From Amoebidium appalachense (Eukaryota > Protista > Ichthyosporea), in NCBI GenBank assembly GCA_963693365.1, contig CAVNZM010000007.1, positions 8,181,962 through 8,245,961 of the forward strand: 64,000 nt of DNA, written 5' to 3'. Every line of letters starts with the position of its first letter. Within the stretch, counting starts at the first letter, position 1. Positions 1 through 49,177 of the stretch are shown one piece after another. The translations under genes and the position numbers were made by a program. The notes under the pieces were generated by a model, which ran no database searches, had not been told where the DNA came from, and saw only the letters and a program-made list of their open reading frames with translations.

Positions 1-84
<84 letters not shown>

Positions 85-105
85 CTGTTTTTTTTTTTTT
101 TTTTT

Positions 106-136
<31 letters not shown>

Positions 137-541
137 GGAGGAATGGGAAAAAGGGGATGTGAGTCCAGGAATGACCAGTGCAGAGTGGCAAGATGGAGAA
201 TCTTGAGACAGATGGGAGGGGGAGGAGGAGGGGGAAGGGGGAGGGTTATTGCGGGCGAGCTGTTGCAAGCATTATGTGCAAACTGACGACGACAAAATCA
301 TTTGGTGGAAGACTTAGTTCACCTGTCCCTTTACGTGGCCCGTGTATAGAGTTGGGAAGGGGGTGATGACGATGCATACGTGCATGCATGTGTTTGTGTG
401 CTTTTGTGTGTGTGCGCGCGTGCGGGCCTGCATGTGACATTGGTTGCGGTTACAGTCAGATGCCGAGAAGGGATTTGGGTGGGTGGGGGGGGGGGGGGGG
501 GGGGGGGGGACGGGAGGGGGGAAGTGGAGGGATAAAGATAC

Positions 542-786
542 CTTCGTATGGGCCGATAGTGATCTCGAGGGGGGAGCTGGCACCCACATCCACCCATGCA
601 GAATCACTGCATGCACTTAGTCAGACTTCACCACACTCACACACACCCAACCTCCCAGCAATCACAAGCATACGTAAAAATGCATTAGTAAACTGTGTAC
701 TGGTTGCAAATTCGCGCACCTGCGGAGGTACCCAACTTAGTTTTACTACCACATTCCCAGTATGATTCAGTCAAAAGGGCACCTCA

Positions 787-818
<32 letters not shown>

Positions 819-1050
819 AGGGGGGAGGGAGGGAGGAGATGGGCTTTTTATCGCACCAATATTCTTCTTTTACCCGCTACCTGCAAACCATCCTCCTAAT
901 ATAATCTAATCATCCAAACATACCGCTGCCCATGACCCACGCCTCTTTATCTTTCCCTCCACCATGTTGGGCGATGGCTTAAACCCGATGTCCCTTTCCA
1001 ACACCCAAACCATTCTCGAGGTATCACCCAAGATGTTCAATTACCATCCT

Positions 1051-1116
<66 letters not shown>

Positions 1117-3040
1117 CTTGATATAAAAACAAGTTTTTAACTTGCACAACGTCCCTGTGCTCGAGAATTCCAACCCTATACAAAGATGGGTGTGTGGGTT
1201 TGGTCGTTAATAAAGGGGGGTTTGGGTTAAAGGGGGGAGGGGGGGGCGGGGGGAGGGGAGAGGGGGAGGGGGTAGGGTAGGGGGGGAGGGGGGGAGGCAG
1301 GGTTTGCTGACAGACCTCTTTTCATAGTCATTGTTTTCAAAGGCATCAGCAATAGCACCAAGAAACGTTGCCAGAGATGTATCGGATACCAGCTCGACTG
1401 CCTCCCTGCGTGACCCCACCATTTTGAGAATAGCCTCCCCTCCCCCCCCCCCCCCCCCCCGGGGGGGGGGGGGACCGAAATATCCACCAAAATCTAATCG
1501 AAAGATGATTTCCAGCCAACATGCCAGTCAGCAGGGCACGTTCCACAAAAAAGGGCAACTCAGGACAATAGGAACAGGCACAACCTTTGCCCAGGCATGT
1601 GTTGTGTGTACGCACACACGTGTGTGTGTGTGTGTGTCTGTGTGCGCCCGCGCGTGCATGCTTTCGTTGTGTATGTGGGGGTGTCTGTGCGTGCATGTGT
1701 GCATGTGTGTGTGTGTGTGTGTGCCCATGTGCGTGTGTCCGTGCGTACACGCTCTCGTCGTTGATGTGTTTGTGCGTCTGTATGTACGTTTCTGTGTGTG
1801 TGTGTGTGTGTACGTGTGCATGTGTACGTGTGCATGTGTGTTTGTGTGTGTGTGTGTGTGTGTTTGCATACATGTGTGTGTGTGTGTGTGTGCGCGTGTA
1901 CATGTGTGTATGTGAATATGCATGTATATGTATGTGTGTGCATGTATTTGGTTTGCAGACCTCAGGTGTGCTGCAGCAGGTCTCAGGAACTCAGCATACT
2001 CCTTGCAGTAGGGCACAGCAGTCAGTAGGCCCTTAGCGTCCCGTCTGATCACATGATAGAATCCCTGCGCATTGGCCTTGTCCTCACTGCCTGCACATGG
2101 TAAACCAATCAGATAAATTAAGTTAAAATAGACAACCAATCAAATGACGTTGTCAATGTTACACGTGATTTGCATATGAGCGACGAGATGAGAATCGACG
2201 GCCAACCTACAGCTGCACCATATATGGTAAAAGTATGCGGATGAAGCAGAAATACTCGGACATGAGCACCCACCCACATACAACAAACCAACGGAGGTGG
2301 AGGTGGAATACGGTGTCGGTCACCGGGGGGGGGGGGGGGGCAATGATAGGCTTTTGTGTATAGTACCAAATAATCGGGAATGGGGGGAGGGAGGGGGAGG
2401 GAGATTATAATTGTTTATCTTGTTTATCTATTTATATTTTTGTGTGGTGGTGGTGGTGGGGGAGGGGGGGAAGGAGGGTTTGGCGGAGGGGGAGGTTATT
2501 GGGGTTAATACTGAGAGTGGAGACCCAGAGCTCAAACTCGTCTCTGGTCATGTCTGAAGGATAGTAGGTGGCCCCGTCTCTCTTGGTCGGCACCCCTTCG
2601 ATAAAGGGCTCGTTTTCATCCAACCTGTAGAGGGATATTATGTGTGAAAGTAGATATACGTTGGATGGTTTCTGATTATCCCGTCAATAAATGCACCTAA
2701 TCCAATTTATCATGGTCATTTCATCATTGCTCCTCCATGCATGGCTATGTTTTGTCCAATCTGTGTTGGGATGCGAGGTCACACGGTTGGATAGACATGA
2801 GATAGTTCAAAACAAAGAGGTTGGATAAGGTGCAGGTTGTCTGTGTCGTTTGATTCCTGGGGACAAATAAAAATGCAACTATCACATTAAGTGGTGTGAG
2901 GGGGAAATGTACCTCGATGGGTTAATGTAAGGAAAAGGGGGAGGGGGGGGGGGGGGGGAGGTTATAATGTGCTACAAAGTGACAAGGATACATACCCCCG
3001 AAAAAAACAAAAGCAGATTTTGCAGAGAATAAACAAGAAA

Positions 3041-3086
<46 letters not shown>

Positions 3087-3103
3087 CGTGTGTGTGCGTG
3101 TGC

Positions 3104-3135
<32 letters not shown>

Positions 3136-3152
3136 GTGCGTGTGCGTGTGCG

Positions 3153-3211
<59 letters not shown>

Positions 3212-5235
3212 GGGGGGGGGAGGGGGGGGAAATACCTGTCCCAGGGGCCCTGGTTGACCGAAAAGTAGCGCAGAAGGTTTCGTGACTCGGGCTGAGCCCT
3301 CAACTCCTCACGCATGGATGCATTGCCCTCCCACACCTAAGGGTTTATCGGTATGATTATGATGTATATCATTGCTACAAGTATTGATGTGTGTGTGCAT
3401 GTGTGTGTGTGTTGTGTGGGGGGGAGGGGGGAAGGGGGGGAGGGGAGGGGGGGGGGGGGGGGGGGGGAGAGGGGGCCGAAAAGGCAGGAGGAGATTGGGG
3501 GGCCGGGGGGGTGGGGGGGGGGGGGGGGGGTGGGGGGAGGGGATGCAAGAAACTGTAAAGCTAATATGTCGGTGTGGGTGTGGGTGTTGATGGGGGTTTG
3601 GAAGGCGGGGGTGACGAAGGAGAAGCAAGCAACCATAAGGGGTTTGTATTGGGAATTAAGGTTTTGGTATGATAAAATATGTGCCTCCCATGCGACTGCA
3701 TAAAAATGCACGTATGTGTGTATGCTTATGCTGTGCGTGTGCCTGCACGTCTCTCTCTCTCACTCTCTCTCTCTCTCTCTCTCACTCTCACTCTCACTCT
3801 CACTCACTCTCACTCACTCTCTCTCTCTTTCTCTCTCTCTGTGTGTGTGTGTGTCAAGCACACAAAGGTGGGATTCAAGGGAGGACCGGGGGAGTGACAA
3901 GGAGTTGAACCGTTCAATATGCACTCGATGCAAATAGGGTTGGTGCATGCAGTACACGACAACCCTGGTGTAATGGTGGGATATACAGGGCGGGATATAC
4001 GTGCCTGGCGCAGGAATATCTCGTCCATCAATTTGGCTGCCTCCACCACCTTGCTCAGAGCCTTCCTGTCCTGGGGCCCACAAATTCGTCAGCATGGACC
4101 ATACGGGTTGACCCCCCCCCCCCCCTCCCTCCCCCCCTCCCCCCCCCCCCCCCCCCCCTCTCCCCTCCCCCCCCCTCCCCCCCTCCCCCTCCCCCCCCCC
4201 CCCCCCCCCCCTCGCCGCCGCCGCCCCCCGACACACACCCCCGTTGCCGCTACCTCAGGGCCATTGGGAATTATATGCCATGCCCGGCACATGGGTAAAG
4301 CAGAAGTAGCTAGACTATTGAACAAGAAGTCCCGGGTGGTCCCGGAGGGGAGACCGGTGGGTGGGGTGGATGGGTGGGTGTGGAGGAAGGGGGGATGGGG
4401 GCGAGGGGGAGGGGGAGGGGGTTTTGCAGAGGCCCCCGGGAGGTGGTGGGGGGGGGGGGGGGGAAGATGGGGGAGCATAAGCGAGGGGTTGGTCCCCGGG
4501 GAAAGGGATGGAAGGGGGGTATATGTGCTGTAGCCCGATGTTTACGTAAAAAAAGAAAATGCAGTAACAGTTTGGGGGGTTGGTATTGGTAGTAATGATA
4601 GCGGGGGTTGGGGGTGGGTGGGTGGGTGGGTGGGTGGGGGAGGGGGGGGGGGGGGGGGGGGGGGGGGTAAGACGGTGGGGCAGGGGGTGGGGGGGGGGGG
4701 GGGGGGAGTGGGGAGGAGGGGGGTTGAGGACAGAAAAAGTTCCGTTGGAACTAGCGGTAGTTAGAGTTGGCACGGCCCGGAGGGCGGAGGGAGGGGGGGG
4801 GGGGGGGGGAGCACTTGCGGAGAAGGGGAACTGAGGAGAAGAACTAACCCCGGTCGAGGCAGGATAGTGGGGAAAAAAATAGACAAATAGAGTGAAGCAG
4901 AGGTGATTCGTGTTCGTGGTGGGTGGGTGGGGAGGCAGAAAGGGGAAGGAGAGTACAAAAGACAAGCGCATGAATTTGCTAAGATCTATGAACCTAAATG
5001 CCAAGCACTCAGAACTGACAGTCAACATTGATCAAAGAATACTGTCAGTTTGGAAAATAAAAAATATAAAGAAAAGGGAGGAAGGTGGGAGAAACTGAGC
5101 ATGCAGCAGGAAATCAACACGTACCCCCTCAGATAGGACGGAGAGGTTGGGCACCGGAATAGGATCCGCATCGGTTGGAAAATAACGGGCAGCCTTGGTG
5201 GCAAGGTCCACCCCATTCTTGACAGCCACCACCAT
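542..5235 (-). CDS. Peptidase M49 / dipeptidyl-peptidase III-like protein (resembles the C-terminal domain of plant Nudix hydrolase 3); continues off the left end
   Basis: Phase-consistent exons: 5235-5125 ([12 protein letters not shown]), 4070-4005 ([22 protein letters not shown]), 3336-3236 ([16 protein letters not shown]), 2624-2512 ([33 protein letters not shown]), 2090-1961 ([19 protein letters not shown]), 1405-1316 ([15 protein letters not shown]), 606-542 ([16 protein letters not shown]). The motifs [12 protein letters not shown], YPxDMT and ITIGPYE match this family from recall. Confidence 0.85.
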
Positions 5236-5534
5236 TCTTATTGCTCTGTTTGTCAGTATGGGAGGGGACTGATGAGCATTTGTATGAGATTTGACCATAT
5301 TTCTAGGACGTTTTACTGAAAGGATTGGGGTGTATCATTTGGGCTGGATGTCCCTGTCAAAATAGTATGATACTGTTTGCAGCAGTAGTTGTCGTTTGCC
5401 TAAACCTGTCATCAAGATCTGTCTCTGCCTCATAATCTGACTCTTCTCAGTGGCAAATAAATAATTCAGGAACGTTTTTGCACAACTTCTGCTGCATTAA
5501 AACCCAAACAGACTAGCCCAGGCTCAATCTCTCC

Positions 5535-6513
5535 TCATGTTATTTGTCCCGTCCCGTCCACAAGCAAATCTTGCCCCACCTTACTACCGTCACTGGTACA
5601 ACGAAACTGGTGGCGTACAACAAAACCACAAAGTTGGGGCCGACCACGCAGAGACACGCACATGCATTACACACACAGGGAAAGCCAACGTCTTTTTATC
5701 TTCGCGTTGAGTATGAAGTTAGTATAAAGTTTTAGGGGTCCCGGAGACTTGCCTTTTGTTTTTCTCCATCTGTCGAACAGTCATCCGGCCTCAAACCTTT
5801 AAAGTTGTTGACCTTCAATGATTGGGCGATGATCATGTCTGTTGTCAGGCCGTTTGCCTTTTGCCGAACTGCGAATGTTGGAGAAAGTCTACTACATCTA
5901 CTTCAATACAACACTTTCGAAAACTATACATGTAAATAAATAAAATATGGTATGTCATGATTTTTTAGAAGTAAAACTATTGAACAAGGCAGAATGTCTA
6001 TATGATGATACATTGCTACCTCATCGAACTCGACGAACAGCACTATAGAAAGGCAGGGTTCGAACTCGGCGATAAGCTCCTAACGTGGAAACTTTGTAAG
6101 CAATATGATTGGTTATCTGCGCACCATATCGATCATTGGTGTTACGTAACCTCCACAAAGCACATGCAGATCTTGGTAGATCCCCTTTCTTCATGTGACC
6201 CTGGCCAAGACACATGATTTAGTGGCGGCTACACAATGCCCTACGGTGTCACTCGACCACAGTAATAAGAGGCTGCGGTTTAAAGGGGATTAATGCTTTC
6301 ATGTATAAATATATATGTATATATATATATATATACTGCACATGCCAGATATATTTGTGGGCTTACTTATTGCTCAGTAAACAAGATGGGTCAGGTGGGT
6401 GGGTGAATGACCTAGCTAGCTATGTATGTCTACAGCTACCTTCATTCATGATCACTATGTCTGTAGGTACATGTATTTTCGGGGATTTCGTCGAGGGTGG
6501 TGTACTATCCGCC
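5535..6513 (-). CDS. Possible small multi-exon gene of unknown function
   Basis: Non-repetitive segments bounded by AG and GT/GC sites: ~5888-5752 (LSPTFAVRQKANGLTTDMIIAQSLKVNNFKGLRPDDCSTDGEKQK, donor GCAAGT) joins in frame to a terminal exon ending at 5535 (FRCTSDGSKVGQDLLVDGTGQIT*). Other candidate exons lie at ~6020-6080 and ~6440-6513. No homology recognised. Confidence 0.2.
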
Positions 6514-6576
6514 CACTGTGTTTCTCCCTTCGTGTGCATGGTTTCAAAATGTATATGTATATGTGTACGCCGTGCC

Positions 6577-6670
<94 letters not shown>

Positions 6671-6850
6671 CTGTCTGTATGCATATTTAAATTTTGTACG
6701 GAATGAAATTTGTGTTAACAAAGTGAACCGCTGTTAAGCTGACTGCTCCGGACTCAAGCACAATTAATTAATGACACTGAGTGATGTGACTACTACAGTA
6801 TGCTCCTTATGAATGTGCACACCGTCTGTGGGTCTCTCTCTCTGACACAC

Positions 6851-6902
<52 letters not shown>

Positions 6903-7458
6903 GGCGCTCTCTCTCTCTAGATCTTGCTCTCTCTCTCTTTTTTCTTCTCTCTCCATATCTCTCAGCTGCTGGTTACACTCGATTCACAATCAGGAATCCA
7001 CGAAAGTTTAATCGCATAAATTATTAAACCTCTAGTGCCGATATTTTGGGCAAAATCGCCAGTATGATACTGTAACAACAAAAATACTTCGTAATGTACA
7101 TTCACACAAGGTGCCTCTTTCTTGACATTAACTAAATCGGCCTAATATGCATATGTAGTAATACTATACAGCAAAGCATTCTACACAGTTCTGAGTGTCA
7201 TTCGTGCATTACAGGATGTCGAAGTACCCATGCCATACCTTAGTAATACCTTGCCAAATTCTTCTATACAAGGGTACAGCAACGACTGTGGTTTCTAGAA
7301 AACCAAAAAAAAATCATTTCAACGAAAAAGGAAGAACGGGAACCGAATACCATATTTTTAGTCGGAAAGAAGCAAAACAAGCACATGCCGAGAATTATTT
7401 TTTGCAGAAGGTAACCAAGAGCCCAAGCGAGCACAAAAAAGCAAAAAATCAACCCCCC

Positions 7459-43689
<36,231 letters not shown>

Positions 43690-44722
43690 TTTGGCGCGTC
43701 AGTCACCAGTCTACGACGGGTCCACAAATACTATATCCATAAACACCTCAGCGCTGGAAGCTCTGTTTGGATGACATGGCCAAGGCCTCCCAGTAAACCA
43801 TTGAAAAATCGCCCAAACTTTAACGTGCAGTTACTAAAATCTCCTTAGGGGTCTTCCACCCCTTTCTGAGTAGTCTGTTACTTGTGCGACTGAAGGAGAA
43901 AATCATTCAACAGTGAACCAACATCACACGTCCTGTGGATACTGTCTCGAGAAAAACCTACAGCCATAACAACACAAGTATTACAAACAACACTTTATAA
44001 ATATACCAGCACGGCGATTTACTACTCTGAACACCGGCAGCAAATTGGAAAAGGATAAAGTGAGAGTGTAAATCCCCTTCAGCCAACAACAGGAAGAAAA
44101 AAAAACTTTCAAAAAAAAACAAAAAAAAACACGAAGCCTTGAACAACTTTGCCAGTTTGCTGACGAAGGCAAGCCGGGCACAGATCTTGAAATTCTTAGT
44201 TAACCAATCAGAAAACACATATTCACCAACTGTTGTGATTAGTCAAAGATCGTTACCGATAAGAAAAAGGAACCAATCACTGTGTAAACAGCACATTCCA
44301 ATCTGGTGCCCAAAAGTGGCCAAAAATGCCTCACATTCATGTGTTACAGGCTCACAGGCCCGAGCTGCATGTGGTGTCACATGTACAGTGGTGATCCTTG
44401 GATGTGATATCATAGGCCTCCGTGTAATAGTATGTATCAAGGCTTACGCTCAATTGGATTCGATACCTGGTGCCTTTGTGCGTGGCTGCAATTGCATGTT
44501 ACGGTATGTTGGCATACGGGTGCGCGTGTGCATGCGTTGTGCACATCCTCATCATCACGGCAGCCGCCCTAAGGCCGGGTATCTGGGCTGCCTGTGTGCT
44601 TGTTGCTTATTCTTGTCAGATATTGTGTTTGTCATGCAACCACCTGATCATTGTATCATGCGTCCGCATGCACCTTTTACCGTAGGTCATGCATATGCAG
44701 TTGACTCACTCAGGACCGGCAG

Positions 44723-44775
<53 letters not shown>

Positions 44776-45283
44776 GTAATTAAATGCCACCTGTAGACCA
44801 TTTTTAGCGACATTCAAAGAGCTGATTCGAGGCCAATGAAGATATTGATTAGAAACTTCGAATTCTGCCTTGGAATCCATCGGGTAGCTACAAAAAAGCA
44901 CAAAATATTAGCTAGGAGAAACATTTAGCGAGACATAGTCATTCGAAAACTGCCATTGTCACATGTGTTCATCCGGCCATTGCCGATAATGCAAGATCAC
45001 CATATCTACACCATAAATAGAAGTTTAATTACTTCTTGCACAGAGAAGCCAAAGAAATCGACATGGATTCGATCATCGAAAAGAGCTACAGACGATAAAT
45101 GTATCATAACATTTTGCAGAGAGAGCAGCATGCCCGCGCATATGCACATAAAAATACACACATACAAACACCCACACACACGTACACACACCCACACACA
45201 CATGTCACACACTCCCCCGCCCCCTCCCCCCCCCTCCCCCCCCCCCCCCACACACACACACACTACCCCCTCCCCTCACGCGC

Positions 45284-45933
45284 CTACATTGTTTTCCTCC
45301 TCGTGCTTTTCTGGCTTGTTTCCTTCTCTTTCTTCAGCTCTAACGGGCCCGCAGATTTTCGTTTTTTGGCGCCGGTTGACTTTGCTGCATTCTTGCCCTT
45401 CCCTCTTGCCGGAGTTGGCGATGGCGGTGGTGGGGCAATGGATGCGGGAAGGATATTTGCCTTCAATTCCAATTCCTGCTTCAAAACACCGGCTAGAAGG
45501 AGCTCCGGAGTGTAGATAGAATATCCTAATCCCTGTGTGGATGAGAATATGTGTTGGAGTGTGTGCCGAGAGAGGGGGAGAGAGAGGGGGGGGGGGGGGG
45601 GGGGGGGTTTGAGGAAGGGGAGTGGAGCAATGGGTCTGCTGAGAGAGAGTAGAGTTTGGACAGTGAGTGTGGGTGGTTGGGTGGGTGGGTGGATGGGTGA
45701 GTGAGTGAGGGAGTGAGGGAGTCAGTGATGGAGCGTGTGTGTGTTTTAGGGGGGGGGGGGGGGGGGGGGAGAGAAGAAAGGAAAGAAAGAACGAAGGGAC
45801 GGTTGAAAAGTTTTTTTTTTTTTTTTTTTGGGGGGGGGGGGAGGGGGGGGGGGGGGGGGGGGGGGAGGGGGGAATATGGTGGAGGTGGGAAGGGGGGTAG
45901 AATCTGTTCCTTGTGTGTGTTTGTGTGTGTGTG

Positions 45934-45968
<35 letters not shown>

Positions 45969-46036
45969 TTAGCTTTACACCTAGGTATTTTTGAGAGGTT
46001 GGTGGTGGTGGAGTTGAGGGGTTGTGAGGTTGTTGT

Positions 46037-46090
<54 letters not shown>

Positions 46091-46465
46091 GGTTTGAATG
46101 TGTCATGTACGAAGTACACAAGAACAACGGATAACACGATGCAGAGTGCAAACCATACTTAAAGAATATGCATAATAAGCAGAGCCCATCCTCAGAGGGG
46201 GGGGAAGGGGAGGGGGGGCGCATATTTAGGCTATCGCTCAAGGCCTCAGCCAAACGGAAGGGCAAAGAACAGCACACGCCACACACTATCGCTTGTGCAG
46301 GCACATGCTACTTCCAACTGGAGGCAAGATAAAAGATGTTGGGTGAAAGTGAGTATGTATGTTGTTGCTTTGTGTGTGTGCATGCACATGTGCGATTGTG
46401 GTTGTGGTAATGGGGGTGGGTACAAGGTGGTTTTTTTTGTTTTGTTTTTTGTTGTTTTTTTTGGT

Positions 46466-46497
<32 letters not shown>

Positions 46498-46973
46498 TTT
46501 ACCTTAAGGGGCTCCCACTCGCCTCTATCTTCTGCCGTGGAAACAACCAGAACTTTCTGATCGAATATGATTGGCTGCTCATTCAAAAATAGCCCACCGG
46601 CGGAGGTGACGATGATAGATATCTGCTCGGGTGTGGGCTGCACCTTTGGTGTTGCGTACACCTGATATCCAGCCAATAGTTTCGCTTTGTTTGCACGCTG
46701 TACAGACTCTTTCAGGTGGAAGGAGTACTTCTTCTCAGTCTCGAGGTCCTGTGGCACCAAGGAAAAAACGGTTAATAGGAAGGATTGCTTTGGTGGTGGA
46801 GGTGGTGGTGGTGGTTGGGGGGGGGGAGGGAGAGGCTACGGGAAACATGTTCAAGATTTATTCTTTCAGTTTCATAATCTTCAGTAAGAGACGTCTGTTT
46901 TATCAAACAGATGGAAATGCATATTTGGTGGATGAAAAGGACGTGGGAGGTGGGAGAGAGTGTGTGTGTGCCG

Positions 46974-47015
<42 letters not shown>

Positions 47016-47269
47016 TGTTGTCACTGCCAATGAACAAACGTTGGATAGGTATAAAATTGGAAAGTCCAACGTGCTGCAGGTTGGATGTGATGAATTGAGA
47101 ATATTCGTGTGGAGGTAAAGGGCAGGAGGGGAGAGGGGTCGGGGGGAGGAAGGGGTGGCGGGGGGAGGGGAGGGGCAAAGTGCAAGTGAAGCACAGGTAT
47201 GGCAGCATATGTAAACGTGCACTTTACGGGGTCGTGTTATGTAGGCCCTTGGGGCGCCCCCCGGGGAGG

Positions 47270-47309
<40 letters not shown>

Positions 47310-47600
47310 GGGGCTGCCCCGTGGTTGTGTGGTTGTGCATGAGGACGAAGAGGGAAGTGGTTGGAAGACAGAGCTGGGGCTGGTGTGTGTGTGTGTGTTG
47401 GAGGGGGGGGGGGGGGGGGGGGAGGGGGAGGGTAGGTTGGGCCGGGCAGACGGGTGAGGTTGTGTGGCGAAAGAGTCCTACGCTGAAGCAATCATGCAAG
47501 GAAAGGGACCCTCGGAAAAGACTGCAGTTGTAAACAGCGTTGTGCATGTCCAAGTTGTTTTGTCATTTCCCGATTCTTTTCTGTGCGTGTGTGTGTAGGT

Positions 47601-47631
<31 letters not shown>

Positions 47632-48239
47632 AGGAAGGGGGGGGGGGGATTAGGGGGCACAAACATCCAGCTCATATCCAGCTGTATCGACCCATCTCCC
47701 GGCCGCCCGACATTCCTTCACCCACAGTGGTCTTACGATGTGGCAACATCGCGCCAAACACGCCAAAAACTTAACCGTGCGCCTGATTCTGTCCGTCACC
47801 AGGTGTGTGCATTCCTCTATCTGCTCCAATGAAACTAAGTGCCCGCCTAGCGATGTTATGCAACTTTCCAACGAGGGATCACCAATGTATGTGAAGAGAA
47901 CTTTGGGGATTGCTTTGGGACGACGGAGGGAGTAGTCGCCTGGTAGCGGTGTGCTGCTCGTGTGTGTGTGCGGTGGTGGTGGTGGTGGTGGTGGGGAGGA
48001 TGTGTGTTCATTTGTGTTCATGTGTGTGTGCGCGCACGAGTGTATGTGTACCTGCTTGTGTTGTGTGTGTGTGTACGGGCGTGTGTACGCGCGCATGAGT
48101 GTGCGTATGTGTGTGGTTGTGAGTATGTGTGTGTCCGGGGGGGGGGGGGGGGGGGGGGGGGAGGGTTAGGATAGAAAGGCGGGGAGGAATGATATTGTGT
48201 GAGATAACTAATACCTATCCTGGGTGTTGGTAGGTGTGA

Positions 48240-48330
<91 letters not shown>

Positions 48331-48891
48331 AAGAGACAGATATGATGACCAGGTGGGGTGCCACAGGGTCCGAATGAGTGTATGGGGAATAGTTAAATCC
48401 ATCTTCCATCACCAGTACGGATGCATTTTTGCTCCCAAGACACAACGAGGATTGGTGGGGTGGGTGTAAACGCAGAGGAGGCAAAGGGGCTTCATGTAGT
48501 ATGGGGGGCAACTGGGAAGGGGGATGTTGACATTGGTATGTGTGTGTTAAGGGGGGAGGGGGAGGGCGGTAGGGGGGGATGAGGGGGGGTAAGGAAGGGG
48601 CGGCGGGGGGGGGGGGGGGGGGGGGGGGTAAGGCAAGAAGATTTTTAAAGGGGTGGGGAACTAGAGGAACGGGGGTCTGAAGCCGCCCCTCTAAAGGTTA
48701 AATTGCTAGGTCTCGATGCGACAGGCTGGGGTGGGTGTTCAGATGTGTGTATGTGTATGTGCCTGTGTGTAAACACCCAAAATGTGTGGTTGTGGTGGAG
48801 ATCGACAAAACGGAGGGGTGGAAGGGGAGGACAGCGGAGCAGATGGGAGAGACATTGGGTTCCCCAAACCCCCCCTCCCGGGGAAAGAGAA

Positions 48892-48923
<32 letters not shown>

Positions 48924-49109
48924 TGGAAAGGGAAGCACAAAATGGTGCTGGTTGTTGTGGACTTGTACTGAGCAGGTGAGTAGTCATCATGTGGCTGTGT
49001 CTGTAATGCATGTGCACTTATTGCGTGTGTGTGTGTGCTGCATGTGCATTTGGGTTTGCGCACCGGTGTGTGTTTTTGGGCTCATGCGCGTCAGTGAATG
49101 CCTCTCTTC

Positions 49110-49177
<68 letters not shown>

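Noticed and set aside
44139-44783. 214-aa plus-strand ORF
   Set aside because: Non-ATG start, no recognisable domain, ends in poly-G; it lies between the BRCT gene 3' end and the Rabaptin promoter.
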